DNA from: a virus
Lineage: Duplodnaviria; Heunggongvirae; Uroviricota; Caudoviricetes
DNA: 7,753 nucleotides
Reading direction: 5' to 3' (one strand)
IMG/VR virus record: IMGVR_UViG_3300023289_000030
Coordinates: 1-7,753 of that record
Part shown: positions 1-7,595 of the stretch, in pieces
How the letters are laid out: every line of letters begins with the position of its first letter
Position numbering within the stretch: position 1 is the stretch's first letter
Position numbers and translations under genes: made by a program
The notes under the pieces: generated by a model
What the model was told of the DNA's origin: nothing
What the model saw: only the letters and a program-made list of their open reading frames with translations
The model's database searches: none

Positions 1-312
1 GACAGTTCCGGTGACACGGTCGATGCCATTAACTCTGCGCAGTGGGGCGCGGGTGCTTATGATGCTTATGGGACGGGAATACCGGCGCGGGGATACAAAC
101 CTTATCCGGCGGTAGATCTGGCTCAGTCAAACAACGCCTCCGGTGCCACAGGCCCAAATCCCTTCATGATTAACAAAGCTTCTGCGCCAAAAGTTGATGG
201 TGAGATCAAGGTCTCTTTTGTGAATTCGCCTCCGGGTATGCGGGTTATGGAAACGCGATCCAGCGGTTTTGATGTCAGCCATGATGTTGGCTATACGCGC
301 TTTGGCAGGTAA
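1..312 (+). CDS. 3' end of an upstream tail gene (partial, start outside window); by position probably the tape measure protein
   Basis: Frame 1 is open from base 1 to TAA at 310-312 with no internal stop. Same strand and 60 bp upstream of the N-like gene. Product is inferred from Mu-type gene order only. Confidence 0.5.
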   Translation, partial: DSSGDTVDAINSAQWGAGAYDAYGTGIPARGYKPYPAVDLAQSNNASGATGPNPFMINKASAPKVDGEIKVSFVNSPPGMRVMETRSSGFDVSHDVGYTRFGR

Positions 313-336
313 TGAAAAATTAATCTGTTAATGAGT

Positions 337-357
337 CCCACTCCGGTGGGATTTTTT
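337..357 (+). terminator. Short hairpin plus T-run, possible weak intrinsic terminator or attenuator between the upstream gene and the N-like gene
   Basis: cccac-tccg-gtggg (5-bp stem, 4-nt loop) at 337-350 followed by attttttat. The stem is short, so this is weak at best. Confidence 0.25.
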
Positions 358-372
358 ATGTACGGAGTTTAT

Positions 373-1701
373 ATGACGTGGAAAGACAGACTTCAGGACG
401 CGTCATTTCGAGGTGTGCCGTTTAAGGTTGAAGAAGAAAGTGCGGGAACCGGCCGTCGTGTGGAAACACACGAATATCCGAACCGCGACAAACCCTATAC
501 CGAAGATCTGGGAAAAGTCACTTTCCGCCCGTCCATCACAGCTTATGTGGTGGGAGATGACTGCTTTGACCAGCGCGATCGCCTGATTGAAGCGCTGAAT
601 AAACCCGGTCCCGGCACGCTTGTCCATCCGACTTACGGTGAGCTGAAAGTCTGTGTTGACGGGGAAGTTCGGGTCAGCACATCGAAAAGTGAAGGACGTA
701 TTGTCCGCTTTGACCTGAAGTTTGTCGAAGCGGGAGAACTCTCTTACCCCACATCAGGTGCGGCGACGGCGCAGACGCTGATGTCATCCTGTTCTGCACT
801 GGATGACTGCATCAGTGACAGTTTCAGTGGTTTCAGTATCGATGGCGTGGCAGATTTTGTGCAGAACGACGTCGTCGGTAATGCCGGCACAATGCTTGGG
901 TATATTTCTGATGCGATGAAAGTGGTGGATTCTGCCGTATCGGATGCCGCCAGGCTGTTGCAGGGGGATATCTCGGTACTTCTGCCGCCGCCATCGTCAG
1001 GCAAAAATTTCGTTGAGCAGGTGCAGAAAATGTGGCGTACCGGGAAACGCCTTTATGGTAACGCCAGCGACCTGGTCACCATGATCAAAACGCTTTCCGG
1101 TGTCAGCCTCGGCAGCGATCTGCAACCGCGCGGCGTCTGGAAAACGGACAGTAAAACCACCGCCACGGCGACGCAGCAGCGTAACGTGGTTGCCAGCACC
1201 CTTCGTACGACCGCAATCAGCGAAGCGGCGTATGCCGTCACCCGATTGCCTGCGCCAACAACTTCCGCGGTGATGCAGAATGCCGCAGTGGGGCAGGCAA
1301 CAACAGCTGCGCAGAGCACCGGCTGGCCTTCCGTCACGCATCCGGCATTGAACAATGCACCGGCGGTGAAAAACACGGTTGATCTGCCGACGTGGGAAGA
1401 ACTGACTGACATTCGCGACACACTGAATACGGCAATTGATAAGGAGTTGTCCCGTACAACCAGTGATGCGCTGTTTCTGGCGCTGCGCCGGGTGAAAGCA
1501 GATCTGAATGCGGATATCAACACGCGCCTTGAACAGTCTGCACGGATCATTCAGCGCACGCCGGATGAGGTTTTACCCGCGCTGGTGCTGGCGGCGACCT
1601 GGTTTGATAACGCGGCGCGTGACGCGGACATTATCCGGCGTAATGCCATTACGCATCCCGGCTTTGTGCCGGTGATCCCTCTGAAGGTGCCAGTGCAATG
1701 A
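373..1701 (+). CDS. DNA circularization protein (phage Mu N / gp43-like)
   Basis: Long ORF 331-1701. N-terminus MTWKDRLQDASFRGVPFKVEE matches the conserved start of Mu N-type proteins as I recall it. GGAG at 362-365 sits 7 nt before the ATG at 373, so I prefer 373 over the ATGs at 331 and 358. Stop overlaps the next start (ATGA at 1698-1701). Confidence 0.8.
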   Translation: MTWKDRLQDASFRGVPFKVEEESAGTGRRVETHEYPNRDKPYTEDLGKVTFRPSITAYVVGDDCFDQRDRLIEALNKPGPGTLVHPTYGELKVCVDGEVRVSTSKSEGRIVRFDLKFVEAGELSYPTSGAATAQTLMSSCSALDDCISDSFSGFSIDGVADFVQNDVVGNAGTMLGYISDAMKVVDSAVSDAARLLQGDISVLLPPPSSGKNFVEQVQKMWRTGKRLYGNASDLVTMIKTLSGVSLGSDLQPRGVWKTDSKTTATATQQRNVVASTLRTTAISEAAYAVTRLPAPTTSAVMQNAAVGQATTAAQSTGWPSVTHPALNNAPAVKNTVDLPTWEELTDIRDTLNTAIDKELSRTTSDALFLALRRVKADLNADINTRLEQSARIIQRTPDEVLPALVLAATWFDNAARDADIIRRNAITHPGFVPVIPLKVPVQ

Positions 1702-2777
1702 ACGATAACGTCACGCTACGGGTAAATGGCCGGGAGTGGAATGGCTGGACATCGGTGCGCATCGGTGCCGGTGTTGAACGACTGGCGCGGGATTTCAGTG
1801 TGGAGATCACCCGCCAGTGGCCGGGAGATGAGGGTATCACCACGCTTCAGCCGCGCATTAAAAATGGTTCAAAAGTGGAAGTGCTGATTGGTGATGAGCT
1901 GGTGATCACCGGCTGGGTGGAGGCGACCCCCGTTCATTACGATGCCCGTTCGGTCAGCACCGGTATTGCCGGACGTAGTCTGACTGCTGACCTGATTGAC
2001 TGTGCAGCCGAACCGACACAGTTTAACGGACGATCGCTGGTACAGATTGCGCAGGCGCTTGCTGCGCCTTTCGGCATTGAGGTGGTGAACAGCGATGCGC
2101 CGTCGGGTGTTATTCCGGATGTCCAGCCTGATCACGGTGAAACGGTGATCGAGGTGATCAACAAAATACTCGGTCAGCAGCAGGCGCTGGCTTATGACGA
2201 CCCGCACGGCAGGCTGGTGATTGGTGGTATTGGCTCAACGCGGGCACATACCGCGCTGGTACTTGGGGAAAACATCCTTTCCTGTGATACGGAGAAGAGT
2301 ATCCGGGAGCGGTTTTCAGTTTACCAGGTGGCGGGGCAGCGTGCCGGAAACGACGATGATTTCGGTGAGACCACCACCACCGCGCTGCGGGCCCGCACAG
2401 AGGACGCATTTATTGCCCGTTACCGTCCGATGTATATCAGGCAGACAGGGCAGGCCACGGGGGCAGGCTGTATTGCGCGTGCTGACTTTGAAGCCCGACA
2501 ACGGGCGGCGCGGACGGATGAAACCACCTATGTGGTGCAGGGCTGGCGACAGGGTAACGGTACGCTGTGGCAGCCCAACCAGCGGGTGATTGTCTTTGAT
2601 CCGGTCTGTGGTTTTGACAATACCGAACTGCTTGTTTCGGAAGTCACGTTTACTCAGGACCAGAACGGCACCCTGACGGAAATCCGTGTCGGCCCGCCTG
2701 ATGCTTATCTGCCTGAACCTGAAGACCCCGGCGCGCGGAAAAAGAAAAAAGCCAGAGTACAGGAGGACCCGTTCTGA
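1698..2777 (+). CDS. Baseplate hub / tail protein (Mu P / gp44-like, phage late control D family)
   Basis: 359-aa ORF translationally coupled to the N-like gene by an ATGA overlap. Size and position match the Mu-type hub protein. Family assignment is from recall. Confidence 0.75.
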   Translation: MNDNVTLRVNGREWNGWTSVRIGAGVERLARDFSVEITRQWPGDEGITTLQPRIKNGSKVEVLIGDELVITGWVEATPVHYDARSVSTGIAGRSLTADLIDCAAEPTQFNGRSLVQIAQALAAPFGIEVVNSDAPSGVIPDVQPDHGETVIEVINKILGQQQALAYDDPHGRLVIGGIGSTRAHTALVLGENILSCDTEKSIRERFSVYQVAGQRAGNDDDFGETTTTALRARTEDAFIARYRPMYIRQTGQATGAGCIARADFEARQRAARTDETTYVVQGWRQGNGTLWQPNQRVIVFDPVCGFDNTELLVSEVTFTQDQNGTLTEIRVGPPDAYLPEPEDPGARKKKKARVQEDPF

Positions 2778-3325
2778 TGAGGACGATTGAAGCCATGCAG
2801 CGACAACTTCTCGGCCTGATTGGGCGGGCAGTGGTGAAAAGCATCAGTGCCGCCACGAAATGTCAGACCGTGGATGTGTCCCTGATTGCCGGTGAACCCA
2901 AAGCCGGGGTTGAACATCTTGAACCCTACGGTTTTACCGCAAGGGCAAACAGCGGTGCGGAAGCGGTGGTGTTGTTTCCGGATGGCGACCGTTCTCATGC
3001 GGTGGTTGTTACGGTGTCGGACCGGCGCTACCGCCTGAAAGGGCTGCAGACGGGTGAGGTGGCTGTCTATGACGATCAGGGGCAGTCTGTGACGCTGACC
3101 CGGGAGGGGATCGTGGTGGACGGTGCAGGTAAAACGATCACGTTTCGCAATGCGCCCAGAGCACGTTTTGAAATGGACCTGGAAGTGACCGGACAGGTGA
3201 AAGACCTGTGCGACTCCGGCGGTACCACCATGTCAGCGATGCGGCTTGCCTATAACGGGCATCGTCACAGAGAGAACGGTCAGGGCAGTAACACCGACAA
3301 ACCTGATAAAGCGATGGAGGCATGA
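2777..3325 (+). CDS. Baseplate spike / assembly protein V-like (Mu gp45-like)
   Basis: 182-aa ORF. AGGAGG at 2761-2766 lies 10 nt before the ATG at 2777, which overlaps the upstream TGA by 1 nt. Size and position fit the small spike protein of Mu/P2-type baseplates. Confidence 0.7.
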   Translation: MRTIEAMQRQLLGLIGRAVVKSISAATKCQTVDVSLIAGEPKAGVEHLEPYGFTARANSGAEAVVLFPDGDRSHAVVVTVSDRRYRLKGLQTGEVAVYDDQGQSVTLTREGIVVDGAGKTITFRNAPRARFEMDLEVTGQVKDLCDSGGTTMSAMRLAYNGHRHRENGQGSNTDKPDKAMEA

Positions 3326-3750
3326 TGGAACTGTGGCTGACGGTGAACGGTAAACGCACCTGCGCCAGCGCACAGCTGGATCCGCTGACCCGCGCCGTGG
3401 TGATTTCCCTGTTTACCTGGCGGCGGGCGGAGCCTGATGACAACGCCGATGTCCCGATGGGATGGTGGGGGGATACCTGGCCTGCGGTACAGAATGACCG
3501 TTACGGCTCCCGACTGTGGCTGCTTCAGCGCAGCAAACTGACCAATCAGCTGGTGCAGACGGTAAGGGGGTATATCCGCGAATGCCTGCAATGGATGATT
3601 GATGACGGCGTGGTGTCCCGTATTGATCTGGATATCCGCCGCACCGGGATTAATGAACTGGGTAACAGTATCACTCTCTGGCGTCGTGACGGACCGGTAA
3701 TGATTTCTTTTGATGATCTGTGGAGTGCGATAACGCATGGCGGACAGTGA
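3322..3750 (+). CDS. Baseplate wedge protein, GP46 / gp25-like family (Mu gp46-like)
   Basis: 142-aa ORF. GGAGG precedes the ATG at 3322, which overlaps the upstream stop (ATGA). Size and position are typical of the gp25/W-like protein. Confidence 0.7.
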   Translation: MMELWLTVNGKRTCASAQLDPLTRAVVISLFTWRRAEPDDNADVPMGWWGDTWPAVQNDRYGSRLWLLQRSKLTNQLVQTVRGYIRECLQWMIDDGVVSRIDLDIRRTGINELGNSITLWRRDGPVMISFDDLWSAITHGGQ

Positions 3751-4795
3751 ATTTCAGCGCCCGACGCTGGCAGAAAATATCAGTATGCTCCGTAACGATT
3801 TATTCGCCAGGCTGGACGTCAGCGACACGCTCCGGCGCATGGATGAAGACGTGCGGGCAAAGGTGTATGCGGCGGCGCTGCATACGGTTTACGGTTACAT
3901 CGATTATCTGGCAATGAACATGCTGCCTGACCTGTGCGATGAGTCCTGGCTGGCGCGACATGCTGCGATGAAACGGTGTCCGCGCAAGGGGGCCACGGCT
4001 GCCAGCGGGGATATGCGCTGGGAAGGTGTCAGCGATGGCCTGAAGGTGACCGCCGGGAGTGTTATTCAGCGCGATGACCTGGTGCAGTACACGACAACTG
4101 ACGATGCAACCAGCTCCGGTGGTGTCCTGCGCGTGCCGATCGCCTGCTCAAGTGCAGGTGCGGTCGGTAACGCTGACGACGGTACGGCATTAATCCTGGT
4201 CACGCCGGTGAATGGTCTGCCGTCTTCCGGTGTGGCTGACACCCTTACAGGCGGATTTGATACTGAAGAGCTGGAAACGTGGCGCGCCCGCGTCATTGAG
4301 CGGTATTACTGGACGCCTCAGGGCGGGGCTGACGGGGACTATGTCGTCTGGGCTAAAGAAGTGCCCGGCATTACCCGCGCATGGACATACCGTCACTGGA
4401 TGGGAACGGGAACTGTCGGTGTGATGATTGCCAGCAGTGACCTGATTAATCCCATTCCGGAAGAATCAACGGAAACGGCAGCAAGACAACATATCGGGCC
4501 ACTGGCCCCGGTGGCAGGCTCTGATTTGTATGTATTCAGGCCGGTGGCACATACGGTGGATTTTCATATCCGTGTGACGCCGGATACACCGGAAATACGA
4601 GCCGCCATCACCGCGGAGTTGCGTTCGTTCCTGCTGCGTGATGGTTATCCGCAGGGAGAACTGAAGGTGTCACGTATCAGTGAAGCGATTTCCGGTGCGA
4701 ACGGGGAATACAGCCATCAGTTGCTTGCCCCGGCGGACAATATCTCCATTGCAAAAAATGAGCTGGCAGTTCTGGGGACGATTTCATGGACGTGA
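3737..4795 (+). CDS. Baseplate J-like wedge protein (Mu gp47 / P2 gpJ family)
   Basis: 352-aa ORF whose start overlaps the previous gene by 14 nt. Size and position fit the J family. Confidence 0.8.
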   Translation: MADSEFQRPTLAENISMLRNDLFARLDVSDTLRRMDEDVRAKVYAAALHTVYGYIDYLAMNMLPDLCDESWLARHAAMKRCPRKGATAASGDMRWEGVSDGLKVTAGSVIQRDDLVQYTTTDDATSSGGVLRVPIACSSAGAVGNADDGTALILVTPVNGLPSSGVADTLTGGFDTEELETWRARVIERYYWTPQGGADGDYVVWAKEVPGITRAWTYRHWMGTGTVGVMIASSDLINPIPEESTETAARQHIGPLAPVAGSDLYVFRPVAHTVDFHIRVTPDTPEIRAAITAELRSFLLRDGYPQGELKVSRISEAISGANGEYSHQLLAPADNISIAKNELAVLGTISWT

Positions 4796-5370
4796 CAAAC
4801 GATGATTATATCCGTCTGTTGTCGGCACTGTTGCCGCCCGGTCCGGCGTGGTCAGTCAGCGATCCGGCGATTGCCGGTGCGGCACCGTCATTAACCCGCG
4901 TTCATCAGCGTGCGGATGCCCTGATGCGGGAGCTGGATCCGCGCACCACCACTGAACTGATAAACCGCTGGGAGCGTCTGTGCGGTCTGCCGGATGAATG
5001 TATTCCCGCAGGGACACAGACCCTTCGTCAGCGTCAGCAACGGCTGGATGCGAAGGTTAACCTGGCGGGCAGCATCAACGAGAATTTTTATCTTGCACAG
5101 CTTGCTGCCCTGGGCAGACCAGATGCCAACATCACGCGATACGACAAAAGCACGTTCACCTGCTCATCGGCCTGTACTGACGCGGTGAATGCGCCGGAAT
5201 GGCGGTATTACTGGCAGGTCAACATGCCAGCTGCCACCAACACCACCTGGATGACATGTGGCGATCCCTGTGATTCCGCACTGCGTATCTGGGGCGACAC
5301 CGTTGTCGAGTGTGTGCTTAACAAACTCTGCCCGTCGCATACCTACGTAATTTTTAAATATCCGGAGTAA
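4786..5370 (+). CDS. Baseplate wedge / tail protein, YmfQ-like (Mu gp48 / P2 gpI-like, DUF2313)
   Basis: 194-aa ORF overlapping the J-like gene by 10 nt. It sits directly before the tail-fibre gene, as gp48/YmfQ does in Mu and e14-type modules. Confidence 0.75.
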   Translation: MDVTNDDYIRLLSALLPPGPAWSVSDPAIAGAAPSLTRVHQRADALMRELDPRTTTELINRWERLCGLPDECIPAGTQTLRQRQQRLDAKVNLAGSINENFYLAQLAALGRPDANITRYDKSTFTCSSACTDAVNAPEWRYYWQVNMPAATNTTWMTCGDPCDSALRIWGDTVVECVLNKLCPSHTYVIFKYPE

Positions 5371-5373
5371 TCC

Positions 5374-6024
5374 ATGCATCGTATAGACACGAAAACCGCG
5401 CAGAAGGATAAGTTCGGCGCGGGTAAGAACGGTTTTACCCGTGGTAACCCCCAGACCGGCACGCCTGCCACCGATCTGGATGATGACTACTTTGACATGT
5501 TGCAGGAGGAGCTTTGCAGCGTGGTGGAGGCATCCGGTGCCAGCCTGGAGAAGGGGCGGCACGACCAGTTACTTACCGCACTTCGTGCGTTGCTGTTAAG
5601 CCGCAAGAATCCGTTTGGTGATATCAAATCGGACGGCACGGTGAAAACGGCTCTCGAAAACCTTGGTTTGGGAGAAGCGGCGAAAAGGGATGTGGGCACA
5701 GGAGAAAATCAGATACCGGATATGTCAGCCTGGAAAAGAAATCCGAGTTCTAATCGCTGGAGAAAATTGCCTGATGGAACCATCATTCAAATGGGAATAT
5801 CAGCATCAGGGCCATTAGGCTCACCTGTAAATATCACCCTGCCGATATCTTTCAGCAATACCAATTATTGTGTTGTTGCATCGTACGATAATGCACGGTC
5901 AGGTGTGTCAACAATGGTTAGTTTTGCAGCGTTACCTGTTTCACCATCGCAATTTTCCCTGATGTCATCTGTGACTGAGCAAGGAATAAATCCTTTTGCT
6001 TACTGGATTGCTTTTGGAGATTAA
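5374..6024 (+). CDS. Tail fibre protein: constant N-terminal part (to about 5664) plus variable C-terminal receptor-binding part in the current orientation (e14 StfP-like)
   Basis: 216-aa ORF with GGAG 7 nt before the ATG. N-terminus [33 protein letters not shown] is a typical conserved tail-fibre N-terminus. A crossover site lies inside the gene at 5651-5676, and base composition drops sharply after it. Confidence 0.85.
   Translation: MHRIDTKTAQKDKFGAGKNGFTRGNPQTGTPATDLDDDYFDMLQEELCSVVEASGASLEKGRHDQLLTALRALLLSRKNPFGDIKSDGTVKTALENLGLGEAAKRDVGTGENQIPDMSAWKRNPSSNRWRKLPDGTIIQMGISASGPLGSPVNITLPISFSNTNYCVVASYDNARSGVSTMVSFAALPVSPSQFSLMSSVTEQGINPFAYWIAFGD
5651..5676. repeat. Left crossover site of the invertible segment (26 bp, hix/gix/pix-like), inside the tail-fibre gene
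   Basis: ctctcgaaaacc-tt-ggtttgggagaa: two imperfect 12-bp half-sites around a 2-bp core. It matches the reverse complement of 7516-7541 at 23 of 26 positions and resembles hixL (TTCTTGAAAACCAAGGTTTTTGATAA) as recalled. Confidence 0.75.
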
Positions 6025-6027
6025 TAA

Positions 6028-6447
6028 ATGGATAGATACTTCTATTCACAAAAAGAAAATGGTTTTTTTACCGATTTAAATAAAGCACCTTCAGATGCTG
6101 TTGAGATAACCACGGATGAATGGCTGTTACTACTGGATGGTCAGGATAATGGCATGAAAATAGTCAGCAATCAGGAGGGATATCCGGTTTTGACAGAGCA
6201 ACCACCTTTATCAAAAGAAAACCTTATTGCATTGGCGGATTTGAAAAAAAGAAAACTTATTAATGAAGCCAACGAGCACATGAACAGCAGACAATGGCCA
6301 GGTAAAGCGGCGATTGGTCGCCTGAAAGGTGAGGAACTGGCACAATATAATTTATGGCTGGATTATCTGGACGCACTGGAACTGGTTGATCCCTCCAGTG
6401 CTCCAGATATTGAATGGCCTACGCCTCCGGCAGTTCAGGCCAGATGA
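6028..6447 (+). CDS. Tail fibre assembly chaperone (Tfa / Mu U-like), cognate to the currently expressed fibre C-terminus
   Basis: 139-aa ORF starting 3 nt after the fibre stop, with GGAG upstream. C-terminal motif LWLDYLDALELVDPSSAPDIEWPTPP is characteristic of tail fibre assembly proteins. Confidence 0.85.
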   Translation: MDRYFYSQKENGFFTDLNKAPSDAVEITTDEWLLLLDGQDNGMKIVSNQEGYPVLTEQPPLSKENLIALADLKKRKLINEANEHMNSRQWPGKAAIGRLKGEELAQYNLWLDYLDALELVDPSSAPDIEWPTPPAVQAR

Positions 6448-7024
6448 CATCCGGTGCGGTGCTGGTATCTGTTGCCGTCACCGCGTCAATGTAATCCAGC
6501 GCAGCGTTAAGTCGGGCGGTTTCTGCCTGCGTCAGATTCCGTCCGGCCTGTAATTTCAGTTGAATCAGACTGATAGAAGCCATTGCTGTATCAATCAGCG
6601 ACTGGCGCTGTGCTTCTGCTGCATCTACTACGGCGCTATGCTGTGCCTCGGTATCCGTCACCCATTTCTCACCATCCCATTTATCGTATGGCGTTAACGG
6701 GGCGATAGTGGTTGTATTTTCAGGGTAATCACCCGGAACTGTGATTTCTTTGGTATCTCCCGTTTCGGTACTATAGACAACTTCACCGCGATGGTCTGGC
6801 ACATATTCCCATGAATTTAAATCTACAGAGCGACAGATTGCATAACCAGCTTTATGTGTACCTGGTGCATCCAGACAGGAACATGCCGGGATACCGACGC
6901 CGACAGCGAGATATTCAGTTGATGTAGAAATATATTCCCGCGTTTCACCATCATAATTATAAACGGTAATATCTCCCACTTTTATGGCAATGAGTTCGCT
7001 ATTTAATACAGCTTTATTCATCAT
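6419..7024 (-). CDS. Alternative tail fibre assembly chaperone (Tfa', e14 TfaE-like), silent orientation
   Basis: 201-aa minus-strand ORF starting MMNKAVLNSELIAIKVGDITVYNYDGETREY, a typical Tfa N-terminus. Its C-terminus LDYIDAVTATDTSTAPDVIWPELP parallels the + strand chaperone. Its start overlaps the stop of the upstream minus-strand fibre segment (ATGA). Confidence 0.85.
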   Translation of the reverse strand: MMNKAVLNSELIAIKVGDITVYNYDGETREYISTSTEYLAVGVGIPACSCLDAPGTHKAGYAICRSVDLNSWEYVPDHRGEVVYSTETGDTKEITVPGDYPENTTTIAPLTPYDKWDGEKWVTDTEAQHSAVVDAAEAQRQSLIDTAMASISLIQLKLQAGRNLTQAETARLNAALDYIDAVTATDTSTAPDVIWPELPEA

Positions 7025-7541
7025 GCGGCCCTCACAATATAATTAAAAGCGATGTTACGAGGACGAGTTTCTGTACCTACATTTTCACTAATTTCACCAT
7101 AACGTTTAACACTACGAGAGCTAATAGCTCGTAGTGAGGAAGGCACCTTAAGACCGGGTTCGTCCGTTTTAACTATTCCCCCGTCACCGTATGTAGCCAG
7201 TATTCCTGGGTTTACGCCTTCCCGTGCACTTCCTGCGGCGAGTCCGTCCCCTGTCCATAATTCCATATAGTGTGCATGGTCCAAAATTGTGTGTGGCTGC
7301 CAATTAAGCAAAGTACGACCAGAATCAATCCCGCGACCGTCATCCCAGCCACGAATAAATTCACCGCGTAAATCAGGCAATTTATTGGTCGGGTAAGCCT
7401 TTGCCAGTTCCGGGTATTCTTCAGCAGAAAAAGCCGCACCATTGCATTTCAGCCAGCCTGTTGGCGGAGTGGCTGAAGGCCACGGAACAGGCACCCCAAC
7501 CGGTAATGCAGAGCCTTCTCCCAAACCAACGTTTTTGAGAA
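7021..7541 (-). CDS. Alternative tail fibre C-terminal variable segment (Sv', e14 StfE-like); promoterless and startless, expressed only after inversion fuses it to the constant fibre N-terminus
   Basis: Minus-strand frame open from the right crossover site to TGA at 7021. Contains WLKCNGAAFSAEEYPELAKAYP, a motif typical of tail-fibre C-terminal domains. No credible own start; the track's TTG at 7596 lies outside the invertible segment. Confidence 0.8.
7516..7541. repeat. Right crossover site of the invertible segment (26 bp, hix/gix/pix-like)
   Basis: ttctcccaaacc-aa-cgtttttgagaa. Inverted partner of 5651-5676 (23 of 26 positions; core AA here, TT at the left site). Lies 55 bp upstream of the invertase start. 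Confidence 0.75.
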
Positions 7542-7595
7542 TGACCATTCTGCTCACTAGTGGCATGCTTTCTGCTTTTTGCAGGGGATAAAACA

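Larger units (their letters stand above)
5651..7541. other. Invertible DNA segment of about 1.9 kb (Pin/Gin-type host-range switch; analogue of Mu G, P1 C and e14 P segments)
   Basis: Bounded by inverted 26-bp crossover sites. Contains fibre C-terminus plus chaperone on the + strand and an alternative chaperone plus promoterless fibre C-terminus on the - strand. A serine invertase gene starts 55 bp outside the right site. Confidence 0.75.

Noticed and set aside
331-372. ATG at 331 (and 358) as the start of the N-like gene
   Set aside because: The conserved MTWKDRL N-terminus begins at 373 with a GGAG at the right spacing. The upstream extension runs through a hairpin and T-run and has no ribosome-binding site. 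Kept only as an alternative.
2737-2751. A-rich tract (ggaaaaagaaaaaag) near the 3' end of the hub gene as a possible programmed frameshift or slippage site
   Set aside because: It encodes a Lys-rich C-terminal tail 8 codons before the stop. No alternative frame continues into a meaningful ORF, and known tail frameshifts occur between the chaperone genes upstream of the tape measure, not here.
403-5699. Many minus-strand ORFs of 61-165 aa (and + strand off-frame ORFs such as 2221-2589, 3720-3917, 4212-4424, 4994-5188) overlapping the baseplate genes
   Set aside because: All lie fully inside well-supported, translationally coupled + strand genes in GC-rich DNA where stop codons are rare. They have no ribosome-binding sites and their translations are low-complexity (Arg, Ala, Gly, Pro-rich). 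They are shadow frames.
6329-6553. 74-aa + strand ORF spanning the junction of the two convergent chaperone genes
   Set aside because: It is out of frame within the 3' end of the + strand chaperone and antisense to the - strand chaperone. No ribosome-binding site and a Cys/Arg-rich translation. Likely spurious.
7212-7442. 76-aa minus-strand ORF inside the alternative fibre segment
   Set aside because: Alternative frame of the same strand within the fibre C-terminal segment, which carries the recognisable tail-fibre motif. No independent support.
5651-7541. Interpreting the inverted-repeat-bounded segment as an insertion sequence or transposon
   Set aside because: The repeats are 26-bp hix/gix-type sites with a 2-bp core, not transposon terminal repeats. 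The segment holds fibre and chaperone cassettes, not a transposase. The adjacent gene is a small serine invertase.
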